DNA from: a virus
Virus record (IMG/VR): IMGVR_UViG_3300025151_000017
Coordinates: 52,942 to 116,941 of that record
DNA: 64,000 nucleotides
Direction: 5' to 3' (one strand)
The position numbers and the translations under genes are program-made. Positions 10,018 through 19,350 of this stretch are shown here, in pieces. The notes below the pieces were generated by a model. That model worked only from the letters and a program-made list of their open reading frames with translations. It was not told the DNA's origin and made no database searches. The stretch's first letter is position 1. Every line of letters begins with the position of its first letter.

Positions 10018-10586
10018 TTATTGCGATAGGTGGAGAACCAGCTACTGGTAAATCTACATTAATGAAACAGTGGATGAAACCATATAAGTGGGAAGATGTA
10101 AAACTTACTGACTTGCTATATGGTATGTGGTGTAAAGACCTGAATACGATTGTTCTCGGAAAAGATTATTTCGATGAGAGCCAGATGTTTTCAGGTACTG
10201 ATAGACTATCAATGGCAGTACAACCCAAAGCAATAGAGTGGATGAGGGACTCATACAAGCCATCTGGAGTGAATATAGTGTTTGAGGGAGATAGGTTATT
10301 TACTGCTTCTTTCCTATCTGAGATCGTCGCTATGGGGCACGATTTAGAGTGTATTTACATAAAAGCAGACCAAAGTATCCTAGATGAAAGACATGTCTCT
10401 AGGAAGGATAATCAGGACGACAAGTTCCTAAATTCAAGGAAAACGAAGCTATCTAACATATTATCTAACTTTGAACTCATGCCTTTTATTACCGAGTTCC
10501 CTAATAATAATGAAGATGACCAGCTGTTATTGGTCAACCATCTTCTAGGAAAGTTAGATATTGGCACGATAGTTTTCGAAAACTAA
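10014..10586 (+). CDS. P-loop kinase, 5-hydroxymethyluridine DNA kinase-like
   Basis: IAIGGEPATGKST, FSGTDRLSMAVQP and VFEGDRLF, the pattern of P-loop kinases in base-hypermodification clusters. Confidence 0.78.
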   Translation: MIIAIGGEPATGKSTLMKQWMKPYKWEDVKLTDLLYGMWCKDLNTIVLGKDYFDESQMFSGTDRLSMAVQPKAIEWMRDSYKPSGVNIVFEGDRLFTASFLSEIVAMGHDLECIYIKADQSILDERHVSRKDNQDDKFLNSRKTKLSNILSNFELMPFITEFPNNNEDDQLLLVNHLLGKLDIGTIVFEN

Positions 10587-10595
10587 ATATCGTTG

Positions 10596-11141
10596 ATGGC
10601 AAAGTGGTATCGAGATAAGGCAATTATCAATGTGCGTGGTGGAGACGCAGAGACAAGGAAACTTGTCCGATCCATTGCCCACTGGGTATCACGAAAAACC
10701 ATGGATGTTCGACTCCGAACATCTGTCACTGTAAATATAGTAATACAAAAAAACTTATATCTTAAGGAAAAAGTCCAAGGATTATCTTGGATTGATGATG
10801 AGGAATATAAACCTCGTAAATTTAAGATACAGGTTGAAGAACAATCTAGATTACGACCCATGCTAGAAACTATCGCTCACGAAATGATACATATCAAGCA
10901 GTGGGCATCTGGTGAAATGTACGAATATTCAGATGGGTTTCGTACACGATATCAGAAGAAAGCATTTAACACCAAGAAGATGGATTACTGGGATGCTCCT
11001 TGGGAGATAGAAGCACATGGTAAAGAAGTCGGTATGTTTGTTAGATGGGCAGAAGAGGAAGGATATAACAAACTTCCTTGGGCAAGGGTTGACTTCCTGA
11101 AACCTGATTATGCTAAGAAAATCAAGCACTTAATAAAATAA
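10596..11141 (+). CDS. HEXXH metallopeptidase-like protein
   Basis: TIAHEMIHIKQ and PWEIEAH. Preceded by CTAAATA at 10583-10589. Confidence 0.65.
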   Translation: MAKWYRDKAIINVRGGDAETRKLVRSIAHWVSRKTMDVRLRTSVTVNIVIQKNLYLKEKVQGLSWIDDEEYKPRKFKIQVEEQSRLRPMLETIAHEMIHIKQWASGEMYEYSDGFRTRYQKKAFNTKKMDYWDAPWEIEAHGKEVGMFVRWAEEEGYNKLPWARVDFLKPDYAKKIKHLIK

Positions 11142-11144
11142 TTA

Positions 11145-11212
11145 ATTTTATATAACAAAATAATATAAAAAATACTTTACTTTTGGTTCAAAATCAGGTA
11201 GAATACCTGTAT
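11145..11212 (+). repeat. 68-bp promoter-containing repeat, copy 1
   Basis: Matches 55429-55496 with one mismatch. Contains TTTACT 11176-11181 and TAGAAT 11199-11204. Confidence 0.9.
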
Positions 11213-11234
11213 TAAATCAATTGAGAGGTAAATT

Positions 11235-11408
11235 ATGTATAAAACTAAACTTGAAAATCCTGAGTATATGATACTCGTTGATGAGTTTAAAGCTATTAAA
11301 AGTGTGAAAAATAAAATCGCTTGGCTTGAAACTAATCGTGAAATGCTTGAAAAAAATTGGGGTACTAAAGTTGATGCCCTAATAAAAGGCTGGTCTAAAA
11401 AGCTATAA
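11235..11408 (+). CDS. Small early protein (57 aa, not in ORF track)
   Basis: GAGAGG RBS after the promoter. Sequence MYKTKLENPEY...GWSKKL. Confidence 0.7.
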   Translation: MYKTKLENPEYMILVDEFKAIKSVKNKIAWLETNREMLEKNWGTKVDALIKGWSKKL

Positions 11409-11435
11409 AAATTTTATAGCTTTAAAGCTATAAAA
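11399..11435. repeat. Three alternating copies of AAAGCTATAAAA (+,-,+) forming overlapping palindromes
   Basis: Copies at 11399-11410, 11412-11423 (reverse complement) and 11424-11435. 11412-11435 is a perfect 24-bp palindrome. Confidence 0.85.
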
Positions 11436-11456
11436 AGTTGACTAATAAATAGTGTT

Positions 11457-12797
11457 ATGGCTACGATTGTAAATAATAAACAAAATTATGGAGAAGGACA
11501 CTCAGTGGTCTTTACTTCAGCAATCAAAACACAAAAAACAATACAAGAAATTCTTGCTCTAAAAATCAAGCTGGAACAAGATGTCTTTCAAATAACTCTC
11601 AAAAATTATAAACCTGATATGGAACTAGACCTAGGAAATGGTAGAGATTCCATTCAGTTGTTAGATAAAAAGAAAAAGGTTCTACTCGTAAAAGGTAAAG
11701 CCGACACAATTAATAAGTTGTTTAAACATTACTCAGCTAATGCTAAAGGAACTAAAGCAAATACAAATTTACTTACAGAAATAAAAGAACTTTACTCTAT
11801 GGAAGTATTTCGTGCCTTTACTAATTCTAGACAAACACTAAAAGAAGATGAAGTTATTAAATTAGTACAAGCACAACAAAGAGAAACCAAAAATAATTTA
11901 GATGATGTATTTTATACTTCAGCTATAAAACAACTAGAAGTATTTAAAACTCTACAACTAAAAGGTCAGTTTGACTTTGAACGACAAGGTGGTCCAAGAA
12001 CGAAAGAGTTATATAAACATGCTAGAGCATTAACAGGCAAATCTAATGACAACTGGAACCCTGCTGATGTTTGGATTATTAATAGAAAATGTGATATGAG
12101 TTATCTTTTAGATACTAGGAGTCCTACAGAATTAAATACAAAGTTGGCAGAAAAAGTTAAGAAAAAAGAAATTATTCCTGTATCACTAAAACAAGTAGAA
12201 GGTCCAAAAGCAAGATTAGAACTTGTAGATCCAGCATCAGCTTTTAAAGAAAACTTAGATATGAATTTTACTCTTGATAGAATAGATTTATCTGGTAAAG
12301 ATAAAGATGGGCAGTATTTTAAAAACTGCATAATATACACAAGATCTGGCTACGCAACTCGTGTTGCTTTTAAAGCATCATCTACCACATTAAATGTTTC
12401 ATTAGAGGGAAGGTTTGTAGGCGAAAAAGCACAGATTGGTGGTATAGACGCAAAAGAATATAGGTTGAAAGTAAAAAGAGATTTTAATTATGACCTGAGA
12501 GGTTCTTCGGTAAATCCAGGCATGAGGAAAATTGCTGATGCTGAGTTGAAAGAAATGTTTGGTAAATATGGCAGACTTTCTAATACTATCAAAAATTTTG
12601 CTGAAGTAGAAAAGATATTGAACGACAAGAACACCATGCAACTGACTAAAGATAGATATGTAAATATGGTATCCTATATGTATTCGATATTGATAATCCC
12701 CAACTCTCAAAAGAAGTTTGAAGAACACATGAAATTCCAATATTTGACTGCTAAAAAGTTATCCGAAGATTCTTCTTTATATTACTTGATAAAATAG
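11457..12797 (+). CDS. Putative PD-(D/E)xK-type endonuclease-like protein
   Basis: Basic protein with E..S, WNPADVW and IPVSLKQ motifs. Late-type ATAAATA at 11445-11451. Confidence 0.5.
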   Translation: MATIVNNKQNYGEGHSVVFTSAIKTQKTIQEILALKIKLEQDVFQITLKNYKPDMELDLGNGRDSIQLLDKKKKVLLVKGKADTINKLFKHYSANAKGTKANTNLLTEIKELYSMEVFRAFTNSRQTLKEDEVIKLVQAQQRETKNNLDDVFYTSAIKQLEVFKTLQLKGQFDFERQGGPRTKELYKHARALTGKSNDNWNPADVWIINRKCDMSYLLDTRSPTELNTKLAEKVKKKEIIPVSLKQVEGPKARLELVDPASAFKENLDMNFTLDRIDLSGKDKDGQYFKNCIIYTRSGYATRVAFKASSTTLNVSLEGRFVGEKAQIGGIDAKEYRLKVKRDFNYDLRGSSVNPGMRKIADAELKEMFGKYGRLSNTIKNFAEVEKILNDKNTMQLTKDRYVNMVSYMYSILIIPNSQKKFEEHMKFQYLTAKKLSEDSSLYYLIK

Positions 12798-12852
12798 GTT
12801 ATAAGTACCTGATTTTTAATAGCAAAATAGTTTAAAAAAAGTAAAAAAAACC

Positions 12853-12881
12853 TTTACTTTTGGGTCAAAATTTAGTAGAAT
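12853..12881 (+). promoter_or_regulatory. Promoter TTTACT-N17-TAGAAT with A-rich UP region
   Basis: TTTACT 12853-12858 and TAGAAT 12876-12881. Shares TTTACTTTTGGGTCAAAAT with the 55460 copy. Confidence 0.8.
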
Positions 12882-12913
12882 ATGTATATAAATTGATAAA
12901 AAGAGAGGTAAAT

Positions 12914-13300
12914 ATGACTACAATTTTACAAATAGCTGAATCGCAAGGTACTTTTTCTAAAGTAATGCATTCATTAGAGAACCAATTAGTTGGTATTAAC
13001 GAAATCAGAATCGCTGGTAGAGAGTATAAAAGACAATCTGACTGGTTTGATAACCAGTGGTCAACTACTCAAAACTCTGTAGAGTTTGCTAAGAATGGTG
13101 GTGGTTTCTATATTGACCAAGATGATATCGTTAGATGGCATTCAAATGGAAGAGCACCATTCGGTGATATGCTTCTTGACTTACATGAAGCTGGTCTTAT
13201 TACTTTGAACCAAGTTGAACAAACTTGTACTTACACAGAAATCAGAACTGAAGAGTTCTGGGATGAACAATTTAAAAACATAAATATGGAGGATAAATAA
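12914..13300 (+). CDS. Hypothetical early protein
   Basis: GAGAGG RBS before ATG 12914, in frame with the tracked ORF. Confidence 0.7.
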   Translation: MTTILQIAESQGTFSKVMHSLENQLVGINEIRIAGREYKRQSDWFDNQWSTTQNSVEFAKNGGGFYIDQDDIVRWHSNGRAPFGDMLLDLHEAGLITLNQVEQTCTYTEIRTEEFWDEQFKNINMEDK

Positions 13301-13482
13301 TGTCACACCCTGTAAATGATATGATAATGGACCAAATTATCGATAAAGTCGCAGAAATGTCTGGTCATGAGAAACACATGTATCTCTTCAAAAATAAGCT
13401 ACAAGCTGCATATCGAGAAGATTGGAATGATGTAATCGCAGATGACATGTTCCAGAAAAAAATGGAAGAGAGTCCTTACTAA
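13300..13482 (+). CDS. Hypothetical protein
   Basis: GGAGG RBS and TAATG coupling. Confidence 0.65.
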   Translation: MSHPVNDMIMDQIIDKVAEMSGHEKHMYLFKNKLQAAYREDWNDVIADDMFQKKMEESPY

Positions 13483-13823
13483 TGGCTCAAGTCCACGAAA
13501 TGCTGTTTATGAAGATGTCTAATGGCGAATACATTTATGGTTCTAATTTAGACATCGGCAGATATTCAGTAAAATTTGAACCAGCACTTGAATGTGTTCA
13601 TGAGTTTGACCATGTGCCACCTATGAAGCTAGAAGGTCAAGGTGGCTACTCGGAAGGATCTAGAGCATTCAAGTATGTTGGTGAAGACCACGATCCTATG
13701 ACAGTTTCTCATCCACCTAGTCAAGAAATGATGAGAGTGACTGCTCGAGGTGAAAAAGAATTCTATCAAACTAATGGCTGGGATTATAAAACAGGGGAGT
13801 ATATATACAACGAAAAATGGTAA
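13482..13823 (+). CDS. Hypothetical protein
   Basis: TAATG coupling; 113 aa ORF. Confidence 0.65.
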   Translation: MAQVHEMLFMKMSNGEYIYGSNLDIGRYSVKFEPALECVHEFDHVPPMKLEGQGGYSEGSRAFKYVGEDHDPMTVSHPPSQEMMRVTARGEKEFYQTNGWDYKTGEYIYNEKW

Positions 13824-15052
13824 AATCACTCAAGACATTAATTACTGAGCAAAAGAATGTTCACATGGAGCACATCGAAGATCTTCTTTTTGATGAAGGT
13901 GTCGCTGGTGCTCGTCGTTCTATAAACTTCATGCAGAATATGCGTGATATGTTAGCTGGTAAATCTACTAGCAAAATAAATGCTACAGTAAAATGGGATG
14001 GTGCACCTGCGATCTTTGCTGGTACAGATCCTAGAAATGGCAAAAAGTTTATTGCTAAAAAAGGTATCTTCAACAAGAATCCTAAAGTTTATTATACACC
14101 TGCCGATATTAAGAAAGACACATCTGGCGACCTACAGAAAAAACTATTAATCTGTATGACATATTTACCTAAAGTGTTGCCAGATCGTGGTATCTTCCAA
14201 GGAGACTTAATGTGGGCAGGTCGTACCGATCTAAAAGTTAAAACCATAGATGGTGGTAAGTATGTGACATTCCAACCTAACACTATCGTGTATGCTGTTC
14301 CTGCAGTGTCAGCTTTATCTAATCAGATTAGTCGTGCTCATATGGGTATCGTATGGCATACTTCTTATACAGGTAATACCTTTGAGACTCTTAGAGCATC
14401 TTTTGGTAAAGGTATCAATAAGAAGATGAAAGTAAATGCTGATGTATGGTCAGACGATGCTACTTATAAAGATCTGTCTGGTCAGGGTGCAATGACTGCT
14501 AAAGAGACTGCCGAGTTTACTAAGCAACTATCTGCTATTGGTTCTCAGTTTAGAAAAGTAAATGCTAATGTATTGAACAGCATTAAGGATAATAAAGATT
14601 TACTGCTACAAGTAAAAACATTTAACAATACTAAGATACGAGCAGGGAAAAGAATTACTAATCCTAGTCAACATGTCACTCAGATGTTTCATTATATTGC
14701 CGATAAGTATAAGAAAGAAATAGATAGTAAGAAAACAGAGAAGGGTAAAGCTACATGGAAAGCTAAGAAGAACGAGGTAATGAAGTTCTTTATAAATGAT
14801 AAACAAAAAATCGTTGAGATATTTAAGTTGATGAATTTAATGGTGGATGCCAAGCAGACACTTATTACTAAGATGAACCAAATAGGATCTATGAAGACTT
14901 TTGTCAGGACTCGCAATGGGTTTAAAGTGACTGGAGTAGAAGGTTTCGTGGCTATTGACAGAATGTCAGGTAGTGCTGTGAAGCTGGTAGATAGATTAGA
15001 GTTCTCTAGACTCAATTTTTCTCCCGAAATTTTGAAAGGCTGGGATAAGTAA
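13817..15052 (+). CDS. Conserved T4-like protein (DUF6267-like) with ligase/nucleotidyltransferase-type motifs
   Basis: HMEHIED, TVKWDGAPA (KxDG), FQGDLM, FQPNTIVY, EGFVA and VKLVDRLEFS. Confidence 0.65.
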   Translation: MVKSLKTLITEQKNVHMEHIEDLLFDEGVAGARRSINFMQNMRDMLAGKSTSKINATVKWDGAPAIFAGTDPRNGKKFIAKKGIFNKNPKVYYTPADIKKDTSGDLQKKLLICMTYLPKVLPDRGIFQGDLMWAGRTDLKVKTIDGGKYVTFQPNTIVYAVPAVSALSNQISRAHMGIVWHTSYTGNTFETLRASFGKGINKKMKVNADVWSDDATYKDLSGQGAMTAKETAEFTKQLSAIGSQFRKVNANVLNSIKDNKDLLLQVKTFNNTKIRAGKRITNPSQHVTQMFHYIADKYKKEIDSKKTEKGKATWKAKKNEVMKFFINDKQKIVEIFKLMNLMVDAKQTLITKMNQIGSMKTFVRTRNGFKVTGVEGFVAIDRMSGSAVKLVDRLEFSRLNFSPEILKGWDK

Positions 15053-15112
15053 GATACTAAATATAGGTATTGCGAGCAATATGCTCTTTGTTAATCGATG
15101 GGAAAACTATAA

Positions 15113-18100
15113 ATGAAAGATTTTAAAACACTTCTTAACGAAGTACCAAGCAAAAAGATGGTCATAGGATTCGGAAGATTTAATCCTCCGACGACTGGTC
15201 ACGAGTTGCTTATTAACAAAGTCACGCAATATGCTCGTTCAAAAGGCAGTCCTGCCAAAATATATGTCACAGCTACTGAAGACAAGAAAAAGAATCCACT
15301 AAAACAAGAACGCAAGATCTATTATATGAAAAGGATGTTCGGTCAGAACACACCTCTCGTACCAACGAAGTCGCCAAATCAAAGAACAATTATAGAAGTT
15401 GCGAAGTATCTAAACGAAAAAGAAAAGATTACTGAACTAACATTGATTGCTGGTAGTGATAGGATTAATGAATATAAAAGATTACTCAACCAATATAATG
15501 GTAAAGATTACAACTTCGACAAGATAACTGTATTATCTTCTGGTCGCAGAGACCCTGACTCAGATATGGCTGAGGGTATGTCTGCTACTAAAATGAGAAC
15601 TGCTGCATCTTCAGGTAAATTTAATGACTTCAAACGAGGTATCCCTCGTAGAATGACTGTAGCTGACAGTAAAAGATTATTCAACGAAGTACGCAAAGGC
15701 ATGGGTCTGCCACCAATTAGAGAAGAAGTAATTCTACCAACATCTCAACTAAGAGAAGATTATGTAGCCAAGAAGATATTTAATATCGGAGCAGTAGTTG
15801 AAGATGATAAAGGTGTCTACGAAGTAATGGATCGTGGAGCAAATTATATTTCCGTGTCTGACGAAGATGGCAATGTATCTAAAAAATGGCTACACGAAGT
15901 TCGTCAGATATCGGAAAAGAATACTGTAAATGATTATCACTACAATGATGAGATTGTATATAAAGGATATACCACAGAACACTTTAGAAACTATTATGAA
16001 ATAAAAGATAAGTTTTTAGATTTGTTTGAAAGTGATAAAGATCCTGTTGCTATTCTTACTTGCTTAAAATTAGTTGACCAAACACTAAAGATTTTATCTG
16101 AAGCAGAGTCTAGAGGATACGCATTAATAGAAGAAGCTGGTGCCGATTCTATTATAAAAATGAAACTTGCAGATAGTCTAAATAGTATTGGCGAACTCGG
16201 AAATCATGATTACTTAGATAAAATTAATGCCGACTTGGCTGACTTATTAGCAAGAGAACCAAACATGAAAAAAGACTTAGAAGAACAAAAGAACTTAAAA
16301 ATTGACCCACAGAATAAATTTAGATTTACTTCTGCGGATAGAATTAAAGTGGCTAGAATTATTGCTGGTTCATTAGGTATAGACAATCCTGAGAAGATGT
16401 CTAACCCAACACAACTTATTAACTTCGGTCTTAGGAAACTAAGAACTAAAAGAGTCACTCCTGAGTTTGCTGAAATCGTAAAGAAAATGCTACAAACTGC
16501 AAACACAGCAGGCATTGATTACGATCGTCAGTATCTACCAGCCATTATGAGAACAGGTAAATTTAAAGTAGAACAAAAATCATTTAAAGACTTCGTGAAC
16601 GAAGTATCTGGCTCAGGTGTAGATCCTATTGTTGTACAGCTTAGAAAGAACATTAATCTAAAAGGTAATTATACATTCGAGTTTACTGATGGCTCTAAAG
16701 GTAAGATGTCTCCTGGAGCATCAGAAGGTATCCTGAAAAAATACGAAGGACTTCGTACTCCGAAACAAAAATTAAATGTATCAAGAGGTATGGGTAAATC
16801 CATGAAGTCTCTAAAAGATACATTATCAAACTTTGATGCGATAGCTAATAAAGAAGATCCTAGAGATAAAAAGTCAGGTAGAGAAGAGCCAACTCGTGGG
16901 TTGGTAAATCCTATGGATAAAAAGCCAATCAAAAAAGAAGAAGTACAGGAAGCTAAGAAAGAAAAGAAAAAAGATCCTGAAAAAGATTACAAGCCACACA
17001 TGATGTACGATCCTAAAACAGGCAAAGGTGTTATGGCTAAGAAATATGCTGACCACGAAAAGCTGAAGAAGTTAGGATATGACCACGACGATCCTTCCAC
17101 TAAACAGATAGAAGAAGATCCTCTTACACTAACTAAAGATAGAATTAAAAAAGAAAAAGAAGCTGATAAAATTAAGCATGATAAAATGATGGATCGTGCT
17201 AGAACTCAAAGTGCTTTGAAAAAGAATCGTGAAACTAAACCGATGAAGAAAGAAGAGTCGGAAGGTAAGAAAGGCATTATGGGTGTTGGCTCAGATGTCA
17301 CTCGTAAAGTAAGACAAGGTCTAAGAGCCGAACTTATGATGCGTATGGCTATGACCAAGAAAAAAATGGCAAAAACTAAAAAGGGAACTAAAGAGTTTGA
17401 CGAACTTTATGCTGAGTATAAAAAGTGTAAAGATAAAATGAGAAACCTGCCAGGCAAAGAGGGTGTAAACGAAGAGAAAAAGAAAGGCACTCATAAGTAT
17501 TATAAAGGTGTTTCTAATAAAGATAAGAAGGCAAGAAGGGATGAGTTTGAAAGGGATGCTAAAAAAGATGATAGCGATCCTACCAAATACGATCCTGCTG
17601 CTGGAGATCTAGATAAAAAAGGCGACTTCAAGAAAACTAAAAAATCTAAACACACACTTAAATACCACAAGAAGTATGGCGACCCAGCAAAAGAAAAAAC
17701 TAATGAAGAGAAAAAGCCAAGTGTTGACGAAGTAGATCCTTCAACTAATTTTAATATCGCTAAGTCTATTATGTCTTACAAAGATTATAAGAAGATGCTA
17801 AAACTAGCAGGTGGTATAGTAAAAAGAAATGAAAAGGGTGAAGTAGAATCTAAAGCAACTCGTGATGAAAAAATCATGAAGCAAGTTGTCGACGAACAAA
17901 AGAAAAACTGTGGGTGTGGTAAAGACCCATGCGAAACTTATGGTAATCTCCCTGAAGATAAAGAGATGACCGATGCCCAAATGAAAAAACGAGAAGACAT
18001 CGTTAAGGGTATGAAAGATAAAACTGCTGATTTTAAAAAGCGATATGGCAAAGATTATAAAAATGTAATGTATGCTACAGCCACTAAGATGGCTATGAAA

Positions 18101-18982
18101 GAAGATGTAGAACAATCTCCAGGAGATCCGATGGTAAAGATAAACATCGAGAAACCTGTAGAAACTGAAGATAAACCCAAAGCTGATAAAATTAAAAAAA
18201 AATCTGGGACACCAAAGTCTGACGACCCATATGATTTAGAAGTATTCGTAGCAGATCCAAAATATGATGCGATGCTGGACGACCTAAGTGCTGATGAAAT
18301 CGATAGTGTCGTCAATATGTTTGACCCAGAACAAGATCCGATAAATGGTAAGCTAGACATCTTTGACTTATATGATGATGACGAACTAGCAATAGAAGTT
18401 GAAGATGAAGATGGCGAAGTTTCTATGGAAGCATTCGAGTATCTTGAGGATGATGTAGAACAACAGCTGAACGAAGTATTATCTAGAACTGAAAGAATTA
18501 AAAACCGAGTAAGAGTTAGAAGGACAAAAGCAAGGAGAGCAAGAAGTTTACGAATCGCTCTTAGACGACACTCTTCTCAGAAGATAATAAATAGTAGAGC
18601 AAGAAGATTAGCAGTAAAACTGCTGAAAAGAAGATTCTTTAAAAAGCCACCAACTCAATTATCTGTGGGTGAGCGAGAAAGAGCTGAAGCAAGAATTGCT
18701 AAGATGCGTCATGTGGTAAAAAGGATTGCTCTAAAACTAGCACCTCGTGTTAGACAGATGGAGAAGAAAAGACTACATAGTAGGAAAAGCACTAAGTCTG
18801 GAGCACTAGGTAGAAAACTTAAAGGTCATTTTAGATCGGCACTGGCTGGTGGTAGAATTAGAACTGCTAGAAAACAAACAGGTCGTAAATATAAAGGCAA
18901 CACTGTTGGACAAAGGTCTAGACCAGGAAAAGGATATGGTGGTGCCACAGGTAAAAGATATGGGGGAGTAAAAAGACGATGA
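15113..18982 (+). CDS. Large protein with N-terminal HIGH-family (cytidylyltransferase-like) domain and charged mosaic tail
   Basis: FGRFNPPTTGH, AGSDR and RDPD...MSATKMR, followed by about 1000 K/E-rich residues and an R-rich C-terminus. Confidence 0.8.
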   Translation: MKDFKTLLNEVPSKKMVIGFGRFNPPTTGHELLINKVTQYARSKGSPAKIYVTATEDKKKNPLKQERKIYYMKRMFGQNTPLVPTKSPNQRTIIEVAKYLNEKEKITELTLIAGSDRINEYKRLLNQYNGKDYNFDKITVLSSGRRDPDSDMAEGMSATKMRTAASSGKFNDFKRGIPRRMTVADSKRLFNEVRKGMGLPPIREEVILPTSQLREDYVAKKIFNIGAVVEDDKGVYEVMDRGANYISVSDEDGNVSKKWLHEVRQISEKNTVNDYHYNDEIVYKGYTTEHFRNYYEIKDKFLDLFESDKDPVAILTCLKLVDQTLKILSEAESRGYALIEEAGADSIIKMKLADSLNSIGELGNHDYLDKINADLADLLAREPNMKKDLEEQKNLKIDPQNKFRFTSADRIKVARIIAGSLGIDNPEKMSNPTQLINFGLRKLRTKRVTPEFAEIVKKMLQTANTAGIDYDRQYLPAIMRTGKFKVEQKSFKDFVNEVSGSGVDPIVVQLRKNINLKGNYTFEFTDGSKGKMSPGASEGILKKYEGLRTPKQKLNVSRGMGKSMKSLKDTLSNFDAIANKEDPRDKKSGREEPTRGLVNPMDKKPIKKEEVQEAKKEKKKDPEKDYKPHMMYDPKTGKGVMAKKYADHEKLKKLGYDHDDPSTKQIEEDPLTLTKDRIKKEKEADKIKHDKMMDRARTQSALKKNRETKPMKKEESEGKKGIMGVGSDVTRKVRQGLRAELMMRMAMTKKKMAKTKKGTKEFDELYAEYKKCKDKMRNLPGKEGVNEEKKKGTHKYYKGVSNKDKKARRDEFERDAKKDDSDPTKYDPAAGDLDKKGDFKKTKKSKHTLKYHKKYGDPAKEKTNEEKKPSVDEVDPSTNFNIAKSIMSYKDYKKMLKLAGGIVKRNEKGEVESKATRDEKIMKQVVDEQKKNCGCGKDPCETYGNLPEDKEMTDAQMKKREDIVKGMKDKTADFKKRYGKDYKNVMYATATKMAMKEDVEQSPGDPMVKINIEKPVETEDKPKADKIKKKSGTPKSDDPYDLEVFVADPKYDAMLDDLSADEIDSVVNMFDPEQDPINGKLDIFDLYDDDELAIEVEDEDGEVSMEAFEYLEDDVEQQLNEVLSRTERIKNRVRVRRTKARRARSLRIALRRHSSQKIINSRARRLAVKLLKRRFFKKPPTQLSVGERERAEARIAKMRHVVKRIALKLAPRVRQMEKKRLHSRKSTKSGALGRKLKGHFRSALAGGRIRTARKQTGRKYKGNTVGQRSRPGKGYGGATGKRYGGVKRR

Positions 18983-19326
18983 AATCATTTAGAGAACATA
19001 GGGAAGATGCGATAGATTGTGCTTGTGATAAACTAGAACTTCCTACACTTGAGGAAGCTAAGTATCAAGGCAAGACTGTCACACTTAACGACCCTATTCG
19101 TACTTCTGAAAATCCTAACAAAAAATTTAAAGTATATGTAAAAGGTCCAAAAGGTAATGTCGTTGTGGTTCGCTTTGGAGATCCGAACCTAAGTATTAAA
19201 AGAGACGACCCTAAAAGGAGAAAAAGTTTCAGAGCAAGACATGGGTGCGATAATCCAGGTCCGAAATGGAAAGCGAAATATTGGTCATGCTATCAATGGA
19301 GAGCAGGCTCAAAAGTAGACAACTAA
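18979..19326 (+). CDS. Conserved basic phage protein (DUF6321-like)
   Basis: KKFKVYVK, VRFGDP, RRKSFRARHGC and YWSC. Confidence 0.65.
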   Translation: MKSFREHREDAIDCACDKLELPTLEEAKYQGKTVTLNDPIRTSENPNKKFKVYVKGPKGNVVVVRFGDPNLSIKRDDPKRRKSFRARHGCDNPGPKWKAKYWSCYQWRAGSKVDN

Positions 19327-19350
19327 AATCATTAATTAAGTGGAGATAAT

